This document shows positions 1 to 13,545 of a DNA stretch of 64,000 nucleotides, piece by piece. Numbering within the stretch: the first letter of the stretch is position 1; each line of letters opens with the position of its first letter. The translations under genes and the position numbers were made by a program. The stretch spans positions 27,840,001 through 27,904,000 of the forward strand of contig NC_087250.1 in NCBI RefSeq assembly GCF_037042905.1. The letters are read 5' to 3'. The notes under the pieces are model-generated. The model saw only the letters and a program-made list of their open reading frames with translations, did not search any database and was not told where the DNA came from. Origin of the DNA: Lytechinus pictus (lineage: Eukaryota).

Positions 1-752
1 CACTCTAGTGTACCCTATAACATGTAGTATAAATACCTAATTTGATCTTAGAATGCTATGTTTAAGAACATATTTCTGATATAACCATTGGCCATATCTT
101 ATTTATTGTAAAAGTGTAACAAATAAATTCTGATTCAATTCAATACAACCTGTAGTATTTCTTCCGTTCAGTTATTACTAAACCAACCATTACTGTATGT
201 CATTACTATACTGTAAGCCACATTAAACTTGTAGTTGTATAAAATTGGATCGTACTGATATCTAACATTGGGTATTTTATTTGATTTGTGCACTGACCCA
301 GAGAGTTGAAAATCCCCAATATGTTTTGATACACATTGCAGGTCCACTCAGTTGCACACTAAACTCGTATTCATTCACACAGTGTGCAGAGATTGTTTAT
401 AGCTGAAAGAGTATACTTGAACTTATCGGTGAGTATGTAGCTTTGGAAATATATTGTTTGTGAAAATAGTAAAGGACATGACTGATAACTTACATTAAAT
501 ACAGTTGATCTACTTTACTATATCTTGGCTATTGTTTTGGACATGACTGTGCTTAAAAACAAATGTTATACCAAGTCTTTCTGATAAAATCCCTTTTAAT
601 GACGTCATCCCTACAACACATGTAGCTCGTCTAATTTCCTATTAGCACTGACAAGGACAAAGGTTGCAAAAAAAGCAAAGATCCCATGATTGGGGGATAT
701 TTTTTTTACTGATAATGAATGAAATCTCATATCACACTGTACTTTTTTTCCT

Positions 753-1665
753 TAACCCCGGGAAATCGGTGGGGCTAAGGGGGCGGGGGGGGGGGGGGAG
801 GTCTTAGCCCCACCAATTTCCCGGAGTTAAGCTTAGCCCGCTTAGCCCGCTTCGTTTTCACACTACGTTTTAGCAAAGTTGGCTGGCACGGTAAATAATA
901 CGGTACTATCTGGCCCTGCCAAAAAATCAGGGTTAGCCGGTGCTAATTGCGATGCTAAGAGATGCAGTGTGAAACGAAAGTGGGCTAAGGAGGAAAAGTG
1001 GGGCTAAGCATTAACCAATCACCAAAATCGAAAATTGCACGTTAATCGCGTTCTTTATGATAAAATCATCAATATTCATGAGCTGTGTGATAGTTCGGGG
1101 TTAAAGGAAACCAAAACCCAAGAAGAGAAATAATCTTATTGGAAAGAGTAAAATAAGAGGATGGCTGATTTTGTGGACAACTCTCCATTTTTTTTGTACA
1201 CAAGTTTTCAGATTTTCCACATTATCTTTCAAATTGCATCTTGCCTCCTTCTGAGCACAACATATGTCATGGGAAAATATAATCCACACCATATATGTCA
1301 AGGTCAGGAGGAGATAATGTGAAATGTAAAATAAAGGGGGAAATCTGAAAATATGTGTACAAAACAAATGGAGAGTTGTCCACAAAATCAGCCATTTTGA
1401 AGCACGTTTGCCAATTTGAGGATCCACATTGTAAGTACAACAAGACTTTTTAATCGTCCATAACTTGCTTATTTCATAACCGATTTTGATGAAACTTTTT
1501 TTTTTATTGTTCCTCTCATTTTACTCTTTCCAATAAGATTGCTTCTCTTCATGGGTTTTGGTTTCCTTTAAGGTGATAACACTGGCTAAGCAAATAGTAT
1601 GGGGTTAAGAAAGACAGTGTGAATAATAAAAAAAAATATGGGGTTAAGGATAGTACGGGGTTAAA
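753..1665. mobile_element. MITE-like repeat built of inverted GGGGCTAAG/CTTAGCCCC and GGGGTTAA motifs, interrupted by the 1105-1567 insertion
   Basis: Inverted motifs cttagcccgcttcgttttcacact and agtgtgaaacgaaagtgggctaag; the same motifs resume after 1571. Confidence 0.5.
1105..1567. mobile_element. Non-autonomous DNA transposon, Kolobok-like (TTAA TSD, AG...CT ends)
   Basis: TIR aggaaaccaaaaccca / tgggttttggtttcct flanked by TTAA at 1101-1104 and 1568-1571. Confidence 0.75.
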
Positions 1666-1666
1666 G

Positions 1667-1974
1667 GAAATGGTTACACTTCGTAATTCCGAAGGTTCGT
1701 AATTCCGAAACACGTAAATTGTTCGATGTTCGTTAATCCGAAAAATTAAAAGGGTTCGTTAATCCGAACATTTGTGGCGTTATTCCGAAGGTTCGTTATT
1801 CCGACGGTTCGATAATCCGAAAACGAAATAAGGTTCGATGTTATGAAGGTTCGTTAATCCGAAAACGAAATAAGGTTCGTTGTTCCGAAGGTTCGTTAAT
1901 CCGAAAACGAAATAAGGTTCGTTGTTCCGAAGCTTCGTTAGTCCGAAAACGAAATAAGGTTCGTTAACCATTTC
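1667..1974. repeat. Minisatellite-containing MITE-like element (14-bp subunits, 42-bp period)
   Basis: Repeats of aatccgaaaacgaaataaggttcg/ttccgaaggttcg bounded by inverted gaaatggtta / taaccatttc. Confidence 0.7.
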
Positions 1975-1984
1975 ATTTTCGGAC

Positions 1985-2697
1985 TGGAAAGCCAATAAAG
2001 TCAACCGTCAAATGACACCAAAAAGCTGGAAAACTATTCATGCTTGAGCGAGCACTACCCACTGAAACACCGGGGGGGGGGGGGCACTCGACCAAAAAAG
2101 TGGTGGGGGTGTGCCGCGGGCGAGACAAAAAAATGGGGGCCTTGGAGCGGGCTTATTGTAAAAAGGAGGGTCCTCGGAACGGGCTTCGGAACTACAAATG
2201 TTTGTGAAAACGGGGGTCCTTGGAACGGGTCGCCTGCGTGCGAGTGCGTATGCATCCCTTTGGAACGTGCATGCAGCTGGGCTGCGGCACGACTGCCGGG
2301 CGCGCTATCGCAGAGGCGATCATGGTCAGACAGCGAGCTGCGGCCGCTTTTCACCAAAATTGCGACCGGAACGGCGTAACGGAAAATATGCGAAGCCCTG
2401 GAGCGGATTTTTTCTTTCTTCTTTTTTCTCGAGAAGAAGAAAATGCTATGCTTTGGAGCGGCTTTCTTTGTTCTTTTTCTCAATAAGACAAAAATGCTAT
2501 GCCTCGGAACGGAAATTTGAGTGTAAAAATGGGGTCCCCTCCGCGGCACATACCCACTATGCATTATATACTGAGTGCCCCCCCCCCCCCCCGGGCAAAG
2601 GGTATGAAAATTGTGTAAGATTTTCCCCCCAAAGTGCTACACTTCTTTTTTATTTGGCAGCCATTTCAAAAGTGAATAGTTTTTTTGGGACGCACTG
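1985..2697. mobile_element. Tc1/mariner-like MITE fragment (right end GGGACGCACTG-TA) hosting the 2070-2595 insertion
   Basis: Colinear with the element starting at 55295 (ggaaagccaataaagtca...gagcact); ends tttgggacgcactg-ta. Confidence 0.6.
2070..2595. mobile_element. GC-rich non-autonomous DNA transposon with poly-G/poly-C TIRs, copy 1
   Basis: TIR ccgggg...gcactc / gagtgc...ccccggg; host sequence restored on removal with CA duplicated; second copy at 5551-6051. Confidence 0.75.
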
Positions 2698-2701
2698 TAG
2701 A

Positions 2702-2998
2702 TCCCAACGCCCCTACGCTTTGTGCATAACCAGGGAATGCCAGCACGATTACAAGCTCGTTGGACGACATGAAATTATGTCATTTCTCTACAAAGGTCAA
2801 TATTGGGGAAACCCCTTTATTATGCTTATCCATTCTACATCAAAAGATGGCGCTCTTCCAAACCTTGATTGAACTTTCATTGAATCACTTGATGAAGATG
2901 TGGTTCCGGACATTAAATCATTTGAAATCAGAAACAATGGGAAGTATACATTACCTTCATTTAATAACTTCAATAAGCTAAATACAGACTCCCTCTAA
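2702..2998 (+). pseudogene. Decayed coding segment of an unidentified gene, copy 1 (internal TGA at 2870)
   Basis: Reads SQRPYALCITRECQHDYKLVGRHEIMSFLYKGQYWGNPFIMLIHSTSKDGALPNLD*TFIESLDEDVVPDIKSFEIR...; several differences from copy 2 are synonymous in this frame. Confidence 0.45.
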
Positions 2999-3074
2999 AC
3001 AAAACACTAGAATCACATTATATTCGGATTCATGATATAATACTGAAATTGAGCATTCTTGCATAGAACAAACA

Positions 3075-3718
3075 TGAATCCGGATGTTTCTTAGGCAAAT
3101 TTCATGAGTTACTAAATTTCAGTATAATGCACGAGTGAACAGGAATTGTAATATTAGTGTAGCATATTCATCTTGTGGATCTCAGAAGTGTGTTCGTAAG
3201 AGTCAGAGTTATGTGATGGTACCTGTTACAAGCAAGAGGGCGAGATATTCTAAGACTTGGTTAAAAGTGCATTCCTCTTCTTTTTGTCCTTTTTACAAAT
3301 TAAAATTCATAACCCTCCCCTCTCCACCTCCATTTCCCAGCCCCCCCTCTCTCTCTGTCTCACTTCATGGATTGTAGCCTATTCAAAACTTAACTGCCAA
3401 GTAACCGGTGGCTGATGCCTAATGGTCAGTTTTTTCATTGAATGATTACCAATAAATTGAATGATTATGATGATTGATGAAGTAATTTATTGAAAAGAAA
3501 ACTGAATGTTTGATTGATCACATTGCACATTGAATGAGTTTATTTACTGATAAATTGTTGATTACATGATTGATAGGAAAAAAGTTGATGCCCCAATTCA
3601 GAATTAATCATTAAATCAACATTCTGCTATGGACTTCACGCGTTCATGACGATAGCCATCAGTCTCTCAACAGGAGGGGAGGGCGGGAAAAGGGAATAGT
3701 TTTTTTGGGGACGCACTG
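3075..3718 (-). mobile_element. Fragment of the same Tc1-like family (internal part plus GGGACGCACTG-TA end)
   Basis: Reverse complement matches ~55860-56400; ends gggacgcactg-ta. Confidence 0.55.
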
Positions 3719-3722
3719 TAGA

Positions 3723-4019
3723 TCCCAACGCCCCTATGCTTTGTGCATAACCAGGGAATGCCAGCACGATTACAAGCTCGTTGGACGACATGAAATTATG
3801 TAATTTCTTTACAAAGGTCAATACTGGGGAAACCCCTTTATTATGCTTATCCATTCTACATCAAAAGATGGCGCTCTTCCAATCATTGATTACACTCTCA
3901 TTGAAGCACTTGATGAAGATGTGGTTCCGGACATTAAATCATTTGAAAATAGAAACCATGGGAAGTCTACATTACCTTTATTTGATAACTTCAGTAGGCT
4001 AACTACAGACTCCCTTTAA
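3723..4019 (+). pseudogene. Decayed coding segment, copy 2 (TAA at 3801)
   Basis: Offset 1021 bp from copy 1, same frame, different nonsense codon. Confidence 0.45.
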
Positions 4020-4547
4020 ACAAAGCACTAAACTCACATTATATTCGGATTCATGATTAGTATGATATTAAAATTGTGCATCCTTGCATAAAAAAGACAT
4101 ATCTGCCATATGCATGCTACTAACTCTCACGTGCATAATGTGTCAAAACATTGTAAAAGAAGATCAAATGAAATATTTCCAAAAATAATTTCGTCTATCA
4201 CTATTTTTCAATCGATCATGGCGATTGTGTCCCTGTGTAAATCATTATTTCATTATGGAAATTGGGAAGATATACATCATTTCTACTCTGCACTTTGAAT
4301 GATGAAAGTATTTTAGTTAGCTATAGACTTTTTTTTTAAATATTTCTAAGCAGTATTTACCCTGTATCAATAAATCTACCGTAGATGGTTGTTATATGTT
4401 TTGTATAATGCGGTATATACGTATTGCAATGATGTTAAAACCTCTCTGTAGAAAGTTTAATGTGGTATATATATATATATATCGCCTGATTTGCTAGGAT
4501 ACCCTGTATTGATTTAGATAATCATTGATGTATGATTACTTAACAGC

Positions 4548-5400
4548 TCTAATGTACATCAATTTACATCTTTAATGTACATTATTTTACATATTTAATG
4601 TACATTATGTTACATTTTAATGTACATTATGTTACATATTTGATGTACATTATGTTACATCTTTAATGTACATAAATTTACATATTTAATGCACATTATG
4701 TTACATCTTTAATGTACATCAATTTACATTTTTAAAGTACATTAATTTACATATTTAATGTGCATCAATTTGCATGTTTAATGTACATCAATTTACAGAA
4801 TTAATGTACATTATTTACATCTTCAATGTACATTAATTTACATCTTTAATATAAATCAATTAACATATTCGTGTGGAGGAGCCGTGGTGTAGTGGTTCTG
4901 ACTCTCGCCTTGTAAACAGAGGGTCGAGTGTTCGAATCCCACCGCGGTCTAGCGTCCTTTGGCAAGGCGTTAATCCACACTTTGCCACTCTCGACCCAGG
5001 TGCTAAATGGGTACCCGGTAGGATGTGAAAGTCATTGTAGCTTGTCGAGTACTGTGTGCGCCTCACAGGCGACTGACTTGAATACTCCCCAGGGAGTGGA
5101 GGATGTGCATACATTGCGGGATTGACTGATTGAATCCGACGACCGGGGTAATAATATATCTGTAAAGCGCTTAGACACGTCGTTCCGATGGATTAAGCGC
5201 TATATAAAAAGCGGTTATTATTATTATTATATTCAATGCATATCAATATACACATCAGTTAAGATCTTTAATGCACATCAATTTACATATTTAATGTGCA
5301 TCAATTTACATTTTTAATTTACATCAAATTACATCTTTAATGTACATCAATTTACATACTGGATGAACATTATTTTACATCTTTAATGTACATCATTTCA
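4548..5400. repeat. AT-rich ~23-bp minisatellite (tttaatgtacatcaatttacatc), split by a SINE
   Basis: Direct tandem units on both sides of 4878-5231. Confidence 0.85.
4878..5231 (+). mobile_element. tRNA-derived SINE
   Basis: Pol III A box TGGTGTAGTGG, B box GTTCGAATCC, (TTA)n tail; related copies at 9400 and 26378. Confidence 0.9.
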
Positions 5401-5550
5401 AACTAGATTGCCTACCTTATTTATTTCACCATCTCCTTTTATTTTCCATTAGTCATCACTAAACATCCCCAAACTAAAGTGTTTTAACCAGAATATTTGA
5501 ATTTATGAGTCAATAATAAACTTCGTTCTATTGACCTGTAATATGTATGC

Positions 5551-6051
5551 CCCGGGGGGGGGGGGGGGGAGGCACTCGACCAAAAAAGTGGTAGGGGTGT
5601 GCCGCGGGCGAGACAAAAAAACGGGGGCCTTGGAGCGGGCTTATCGTAAAAAGGAGGGTCCTCGGAACGGGCTTCGGAACGACAAATGTTTGGAACGGGC
5701 ATGCGTGCATGATGCAGCTAGCCCTGCGGCACGGCCGCCGAGTTCACTCGCGCAGAGATGATGGTCGGACAGCCTCTCGGCCGTTTTTCACCAAAATTGC
5801 AGCTTATTGTAGCAGATCAATGTGACCGGAATGGCGAAACGAAAAATATGCGAAGCTTTGGAGCGGATTTTTTTCTTTCTTTTTCCTCGATAAGAAGAAA
5901 ATGCTATGCCTTGGAGCGGCTTTCTTTGTTCTTTTTCTCAATAAGACAAAAATGCTATGCCTTGGAACGGAAATTTGAGTGTAAAAATGAGGGTCCCCTC
6001 CGCGGCACATACCCACTATGCATTATATACTGAGTGCCCCCCCCCCCCCGG
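5551..6051. mobile_element. GC-rich non-autonomous DNA transposon, copy 2
   Basis: Homologous to 2070-2595; flanked by direct repeat atgtatgc. Confidence 0.75.
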
Positions 6052-9000
6052 ATGTATGCACTGGGTGAGCGTTTCTTTTATTTATTTATTTTTTATTTAT
6101 TTATTTCATTTCCAGGCAAGAAAACATGACAGCAATAGAAACATTACAAAAGAAATGTAAAATTGAGCACCAGCCAATGCCTGGGGATCACCTAAAAGAA
6201 TTGAATTCTGTCGAGAGGTTCTCCACATTGGCTGGTGTCTACATGGAATAACACAAAATAGCAATAAATTCAAACATGTAATTACAATACTTCTATAAAT
6301 TAACCTTCATCGTAACATGAATACAAAAAAACAAGGTTATCAAATTAATACTTTAAGAAAAAATGCAGATTGGGTCAAATCAGGAATTAGTAATTTATCA
6401 AATTAGAGACAGAGATGGTAGGTCAATTGGTTGAATTTTGGGAGTCTGAAATGAATTGTTGTATATGACATTTGTCACGGTTATGTGCGGGTTTAAACCT
6501 CCCCCCCAAAAAAAAAAAACAACAAAACAAAACAAAACCCAGCAAAGTAAGTATATAACAAAAAAAAATCAAGATTCATACCGAAAGTATATTCAAGGAA
6601 ACGACTTCTTAGATATCAAATCAATTTAAGCTGCCATGTAAAGAAAAAAAATAATAAATTTATGTGTAACAGAAAAAATTATAAAATATGAAGAATGGGA
6701 AAGTATGGCAAAGCATTAGAAAATCAAATAATCAATCATAAACGAAACACACATTCAAAGCATTGGTCTGATGTGACGTGAACTAAGCTGTGAGCTTTAC
6801 ACGAAAAGGGGAATGGTAATTAATTAATTATATGAAGGTGTAATAGAATTTCAGTTGATTGAAAAACACGTATGGCAAATTATTAGAAAACCAAATAATT
6901 AATCAAAGTACAAACAAGAGTGTGATATATTCTAAGACATGCTAGGAAGCCTTTAGAAGGGATCACAATTTTGATACTGCGTACGTGAGACTTTAAAAAT
7001 TAAAAATGGTTCTAGCGTTATTAGGGTATGGGTGCATACAAATTAATATGCTTCTACGAGGGGAGGTAATTCAAAGAGGAAATTTTGTAACACAAGACAT
7101 TCAGTTAATTTATCGGAACCATTTTCATTCATCTTTACTGCACAATGATAGCAAACGAACTTTATGTAAAGATCTCCAAACTCTGTCTTCTTTTTGTTGG
7201 AATAATCTGAGTATTACTTTAGTTTTCACTTTAAGACATCCAAACTTGCCTTTCACCCCCCCCCCCCCTTTACTCATCAATGCAAACCAAGAACAGTCAC
7301 TAAACTTTATTTTAATAACCCTATTGGTAAGTAAAATTAGTTGTTGTTTGAGTTTCTCTTTTAAATTACATTATCTTTCCCTTCCATTTACCACATTTTT
7401 TAATTGTCCCTCTATTTTCTATTTCATCGGAGTTTTATTTAACCTTGACTACCTATTATTAAACTTTTACCCATTTTTTTTTTTAACAAGTATATTGTTA
7501 TCAGCTTCTTCATTGTTTTGTAATCTTATGCCTCTTTATTCTTGTTTAACTACTTGTAATTTATTTAGTTATTTCAGTTGTTTTTCGTTATTTCACTGAT
7601 TTAGTTCAATATAAATGCAACATGTTTTTCTTTTTAATGTCAGCTACTGATGGTCTGAAATATAAAGGTCGAAAATTTGAACCTCACGAATCATGATAAT
7701 GTTTCGATAAATCTATAAAGAATTTACCCCTGTTGAATAGTAAAAATGCCATAATTCGCCTGTTATATTGAAAATATGTCATTGCGTGTCAAGCCACACT
7801 GTTCTATTATGTTGATAATATTTCATTGCGTGTCAACACAGACTGTTCTAATATGTTGATAATAATGTACCGGCACCCACTGGAACGGTAACTAATAAGG
7901 GGAAAAATAATAGTAAATAGGACAAACTTGATTTGGCAGTTTTTTCATAAAGTTGTCCCCAAGTTACGAATGGCTTTACTCAAGACTGGTACATGTTCTA
8001 ATCTGATAAAGTCAGCTGCAAAGGGATCCGTTAACCAAAGAAAGGTTCACCAGTCTGTGTAAAGGCATTTGTCATAACTCACGAACAGCTTTATGATACA
8101 CACAATAGATAGATTTTCACATTCACATTGACTGATAACAAAAGATTACCAAAACCTTTGACTTCCATTTTTGAAAGCAGCAGCTTGGTTTATAGTTCGT
8201 GTATGTATTGTTTGAAGGTATTACGGAATGATTGTTAACATGAAAAACGGAGATAATATTCTGACCTCCGTGGATGAGACCCGCTATATAGAAAATTGAG
8301 TATCTGAATATAAAAACGGTTAAGTCCAATTGAGTTAGATATGGGAAATTGTTCCTTTTACAATGACTCATCTTATGTATAAATTATAGATCTGAAATCA
8401 TCTCAGAAATGCCTTAAATAAAGGAGGGGGGGGGGAAGGCTGGTATGAATGTAAGAAAAGCCCTAGTCTATAGGACTTGGACTTTTCTTACATTCACATC
8501 ATAGCGACCTCTCTCATTACTTTCAAGTCTGTACATACACTAACTGCATTATATGAGTTTTTTATTTGACAGAGATGTGGTTCAAACGTTGTGGCTGGTT
8601 AAAAGTATTCACCCGAATCTTTAACTTTATTCAATATTAGATTATTATTATTAGTTTTTTTTTTTTACATGAGGAAAGAGGTATTTTCAATATTGATCAC
8701 ATGTAAAGTGGAATCTTGTATTTTTTTTGGGACCTGGTCTAAAATGTGAAAAAGAAAACAGTAATGAGTTGAAGATCACTTGCAGATGTCTGTGATTCTG
8801 TGTTATTTGGATATAATAATACCCTGTGTGTGTGGGAGGGTGTGTGGGGGGTTTTGGCTGGGTGTAAGTAAAAAAGAAAAGTAGCTCCTCAAAAAAGAAA
8901 AAAAAATAGGAATTCCTATGCAAATGTCCTTGTGTGGCTGTGGGGCATGCAGGGACGGATTAAGTATTGATGTTTTCTTACAAAACTTACTCACCACACA

Positions 9001-9288
9001 AACACAGTTTTATTTTTTGGAAAATCCCCCAACCCCTCCCCATTCAATGGCAAGCACTAGGATGGAAAATTCTGTCCATTTACAAAATAATTATACAATA
9101 AAATGTCTGGCAAGAATGAAATAAAGGTCCTTGCCAAGGAAAAGTTCTCACTACATTTACACCCCCAACCTGAACTTAAGTGAGGACGCCCTCTGTATTG
9201 TTTATTTTTCTATTTAATAAAAAAATAAAAGGGAAGGGCCATACCCACCTCCCCCCTTCATTATATAACTGTTGTTTGTGTGATTAAT

Positions 9289-9876
9289 GGGGTGTTGCAA
9301 GAAACTTGCGATCAATCGCAAGTCTATTTTTGGTCCCTAAATCAATCGTATGTCTTGCAGTTAATTGCAAATTAGTGATTGATTGCTAAGAGCCGTGGGA
9401 GAGCCGTGGTATAGTGGTTCTGACTCTCGCCTTGTAAACAGAGGGTCGTGTGTTCGAATCCAACCGCGGCCTAGCATCCTTTGGCAAGGCGTTGATCCAC
9501 ACTTTGCCACTCTCGACTCAGGTGCTTAATGGGTGCCCGGTAGGATGCGAAAGATATCGTATGTTTGATTTTGCCAGCGCCATAATGAGGCTGCGATAAA
9601 TGCAAGGAATGCTCCCAAGGGAGTGGAAATTGTGCACTTTTCGTGCGGGATTGAAATTAATCCAATGACAGGGGTGATAATATGCTGTAACGCGCTTTGA
9701 GCCTTTCTGGGAAAAGTGCTTTATAAAAACTGGCTATTATTATTATTATTATTATTAATCTGCTCCTTGAAACAAGAAGTTTGATCTGATTTGCTACAAC
9801 TAACGCTGATCTATCAGTTGTAAAATTGCAACAAAATATTTGCAATTGATCGCAAATATTTTCTTGCAACACCCCC
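9289..9876. mobile_element. MITE (TIR ggggtgttgcaagaaa) with nested SINE
   Basis: Inverted termini ggggtgttgcaagaaa...ttgcgatcaat / attgatcgcaa...tttcttgcaacacccc; degenerate copy at ~25738-25950. Confidence 0.75.
9400..9756 (+). mobile_element. tRNA-derived SINE
   Basis: A box, B box GTTCGAATCC, same 5' half as the 4878 copy, (TTA)n tail. Confidence 0.9.
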
Positions 9877-11324
9877 TAAGACTTCTTGGTGTCATGGATG
9901 GAGGAAGAAGGAACTGTAAAACATGAATGACACGTCATTTTTCAAACTCTTTAATTTTTTAAAAGTATTTTGCAACACATACACATGTCTTCACATTCAA
10001 CACTCACACCCACACACCTAAACCCACTCACTCATTCCAAAACACATCGGCTATGAAAAAATACATTAATTGCCGAAAAAAAAAAATATCCAGTCTTGTT
10101 TGATTTTCTCGAAATGACCTCTTATGGACTTGTTTTTTTTTAATATTCATATACTGAATTATATCACGGCAATTACATGTATAAACCATAGTAGAAATGA
10201 AGATGAATGTTCAAATAATAGTGACATTGATTATGCCCCTTGACCATTTTACAGAGTGGACTTGGAGCTTCATAAGTCACATTAGATATTATTATCATTA
10301 TCATTATTATTGTTATTATCATTATTATTGTTATTATCATTATTATTGTTATTATTATTATTATCATCTTCATGTAGATATACATGTACGTTGGGGGAAA
10401 ATGTCAGTTTTCAAATATGTGTATGATAAAATACATCTTAAGATGTTTTTGATGTGAGAGATAATGGGAAGTTTATTTATTACAAAAACGTATTAAGACT
10501 AGATTTACTTTACATTTATTTAAGCGACTCAGTAAGGTATTATCAGTCATTTTCAAGCAAACCATTATTTATTCATAGTTGTTATTAAGGGGATTGGAAT
10601 TCTCTGCTGCCATGGTCAAATTAATTATTTTTGGAAGAAAAGGCAATTCACTTTAAACAACAGTTGTAAAGAAAGAGACAGGGTGTTTGACGTCGGTTAA
10701 TAATCAAATTTAGCCACGTGGACAGGTGTACTTCAAATAAATGTTAGATTCTTAACACAACTTGTGATGTGTTTCAGGTTACTAAAGAAAACTAATTTTA
10801 TCTGCTCATTTTTATTTTTGAATGTATTTATGCATAATAAAGAGACTTAGTACTGAATTTTCTCTTGGAAAACAGAGTTAAATACCTTGACCGGACCCCG
10901 AAATGGAAACATATCATAACATTTCCTTAAAACATGACTTGATGAAATCTTCAGCTTTTGACTAGTTTTCTTTTTGCGATATCTAATTACGCCTATTTGG
11001 CGCAGCTTTCGAATGCTGCATTAAGATCATGTGTGTCAACTTCTCCTTACAAAACAATTTAGGTCCAATAAGAGACAAATACATGAAATAAGACATCACC
11101 AAATTTATCGTTTCACTATTAGTTCCTGTCTGGGTCTTTGAACTTAAATTTGAATATGAATAACGCCTCGAGCATGGGTGCTGATCAGTGTATATGTTTG
11201 ATGAGTGTTGATAAGTGTTGATAAGGGTAAGTGTGTGTGTGTAAGAGATGGAAATGGTGTGTGGGGGGCGACGGAAAATTTAAAAGATGTCAGATATTTC
11301 GTTTTTCCGCAAGGGGACAGAGTT

Positions 11325-11612
11325 TCAGTTGCTAAGAGTTACTACGTTTTTACTTCGCAAACCATTGGCACATTTGCTGTACTGGAAGCCACATTAGACC
11401 TGTAGTTGTATAGTTGTAGAGAGATGTGAAATGTAATATATAATATCCAACATTGAGCATTTTATTTGATTTGTGCACTAATCCATGATGTTGAAAATCC
11501 CAAATGTTTCACAATACACACTGTATGTCTACTCAGTTGTACATTGTAAACATTCATTCACACAGTGTATATATATTGTAAGCTGATAGAGGGTGTGTAC
11601 TTGAACTTATAG
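11325..11612 (+). promoter_or_regulatory. Candidate non-coding first exon (Inr-like TCAGTT to donor AG|GTAAGT); paralog at 168-428
   Basis: Paralogous segments both keep a consensus donor (G|GTGAGT at 429, G|GTAAGT at 11613). Confidence 0.35.
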
Positions 11613-12689
11613 GTAAGTACGTAGCTTAAGAATTATATTTTATTTGTGGGAATAGGAAAAAACATGAACTTATTCTATGAATATATTTGAACCATAAACT
11701 TGGCTGTTGTTAAGAACATGAGCTTTGAAAATAATGCCCGAATGAATCTTTCTGATAAATTCCTTAACACTATCCCTACAACGCATGAAATATAGCTCGT
11801 CTCATTTTCTTGTTTTTGTCTCAAACATTTTTTTTAATACTTTATTAGTTTGCCTCTGCATTTTACCCCATCAAGTTGTGCGTTAACATTGTGTCTATGT
11901 TTTACACTAGCTGTTATCATTAAACTGTCAGCTGGTTATATGTCAGTTAGGCAAAATTAGGTTTCATGCATCCCATGATTTTAAAAAATAGTACCATTAC
12001 ACAAAAATATAGTCATTTCCTTTTTCAAATTAAGATGATATGTACATCATATACTTGATACGTAGTTCTCCAGACAATTAGTCAGACCTTACGACTTTTA
12101 TTGATTTTGATTTGCTGAGAGGCGTTGTTACTATGTTAACTATTCGTCGAAACACCTGAAAATCCAAGCTTTGTTTGATTTGCTCAGTATTATTGCTCTT
12201 ATACAGCTGATTATAATTCGCTTAATAAACTAGGAAAATTAATGTACATAATACACATCTATATCATGATATAATGTGATGATTTATAATGATCATGATA
12301 TATTATTTCTAAATGTATATTGGCATATGAGTGAGGAGTATACGTTTAGTTTTTATTATAAAATATATTCATTATACTTTGTTGTGAATTACTGGCACTG
12401 TTGAATAGTTAAAAAGGCCAATGTTTTGGGATGTGTAGACTTTAATCAAGACGAAATTATTATCATCTACTTGAGAACTATAATAGTCGTGTAGAAATAA
12501 GAAAATAAATATATTTACTATGGGCTGCGGTATTTACATGTAGTACATTTCGAGAAAGGTTTGTTAATCCACAACCAGTTGTATACACATGACTGATCTC
12601 AACAACTATTATAAACCGTTCTGAATTTTTTAATCTACATAATTATGTAGGGCAAATAGTAATAGTTGGAAATGATATAGAATTATGTT

Positions 12690-12724
12690 GACAGAAGAAG
12701 GGGGAGGGGGTGGGGAAAGTAGTG

Positions 12725-12764
<40 letters not shown>

Positions 12765-13025
12765 AGTAAAATAAAGACGGAGAAAGAGAGAGAGAGAGAA
12801 ATAAAGAAAGATGAACATTGTATATGGATAAAGAGAGGGATAGAAAAGATGATAGAGAGAGAGAGGGGTGGGGGAAGAAGGGAGAGAAGGGGGTAGACAA
12901 ACATGGGGAGACAATTCAAATAAATACTGGGAAAGAGAAGGAGAGAGAAAGAAGAGGAGTGAAAGAAATATCGATAGAAAAGGGCGATAAAAGACAATAA
13001 AGGTAGAGAGAGAGAGATGGAGTTG
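12690..13025. repeat. GA-rich low-complexity tract with (GA)n microsatellite
   Basis: Direct inspection; paralogous tract at 29040-29430. Confidence 0.85.
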
Positions 13026-13109
13026 GGATTGAATTGTATTTGTATTGAAAGTTCAAGTCCTCCACAGGAAAATGATTCTCTGAATAAATAGAGAGAAATC
13101 ACACTAACA

Positions 13110-13545
13110 TAACGCTGAAAATTTCATCCAAATCGGATGTTAAATAAGTTTCGCTTATTTTTCAAAAAAAAAAAGAGTGATATGCACAACATTTTTAAAC
13201 TGCAAATGAGACAGTCGATGATTGTCCCTCACTCACTATTTATTTTGATTTTTATTCATTGAATTATACAATATTTCATTATTTACCAATTTGACAATCT
13301 GGACCAACTTGACTGAACCATACAATGATAATGCTAAAACTGTATGTTCAGGGAGAAAGTATTGTAGTTTCAGTTAACGATGAGGGAAAAATTAGAATAT
13401 TTCATATTTCACATAATGAAATTCAAAGGAAATAGTGAGTGGGTGATGTCGTCAGTCTCCTCATTTGCATAGCGACCAGGATGTTAATTGTAAAACCAAG
13501 CGAAACTTTAAAATGTCATAACTTTCTTATTTTACATCCGATTTT
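13110..13545 (+). mobile_element. Internal fragment of the Kolobok-like family seen at 22382-23795
   Basis: Shares atatgcac...gagacagtcgatg...ataactttcttattttacatccgatttt; another fragment at ~39640-40125. Confidence 0.65.

Noticed and set aside
2044..2872. Overlapping ORFs of 88-224 aa (also 5484-6160)
   Set aside because: They arise from the GC-rich non-autonomous transposon; no transposase motifs
2760..2981. ORF-track peptide MDDMKLCHF... (and 3781-4002)
   Set aside because: Starts at TTG; the silent-substitution pattern favours the other frame
4878..4950. tRNA genes (also 9400, 18400, 26378)
   Set aside because: tRNA-like heads continue into shared SINE bodies with (TTA)n tails
7006..7599. 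197-aa ORF
   Set aside because: T-rich low-complexity L/F/S sequence with no domain or splice support
12630..13102. ORFs in GA/CT tracts (also 19155-19591, 28915-29486, 60856-61228)
   Set aside because: Microsatellite-derived stop-poor frames
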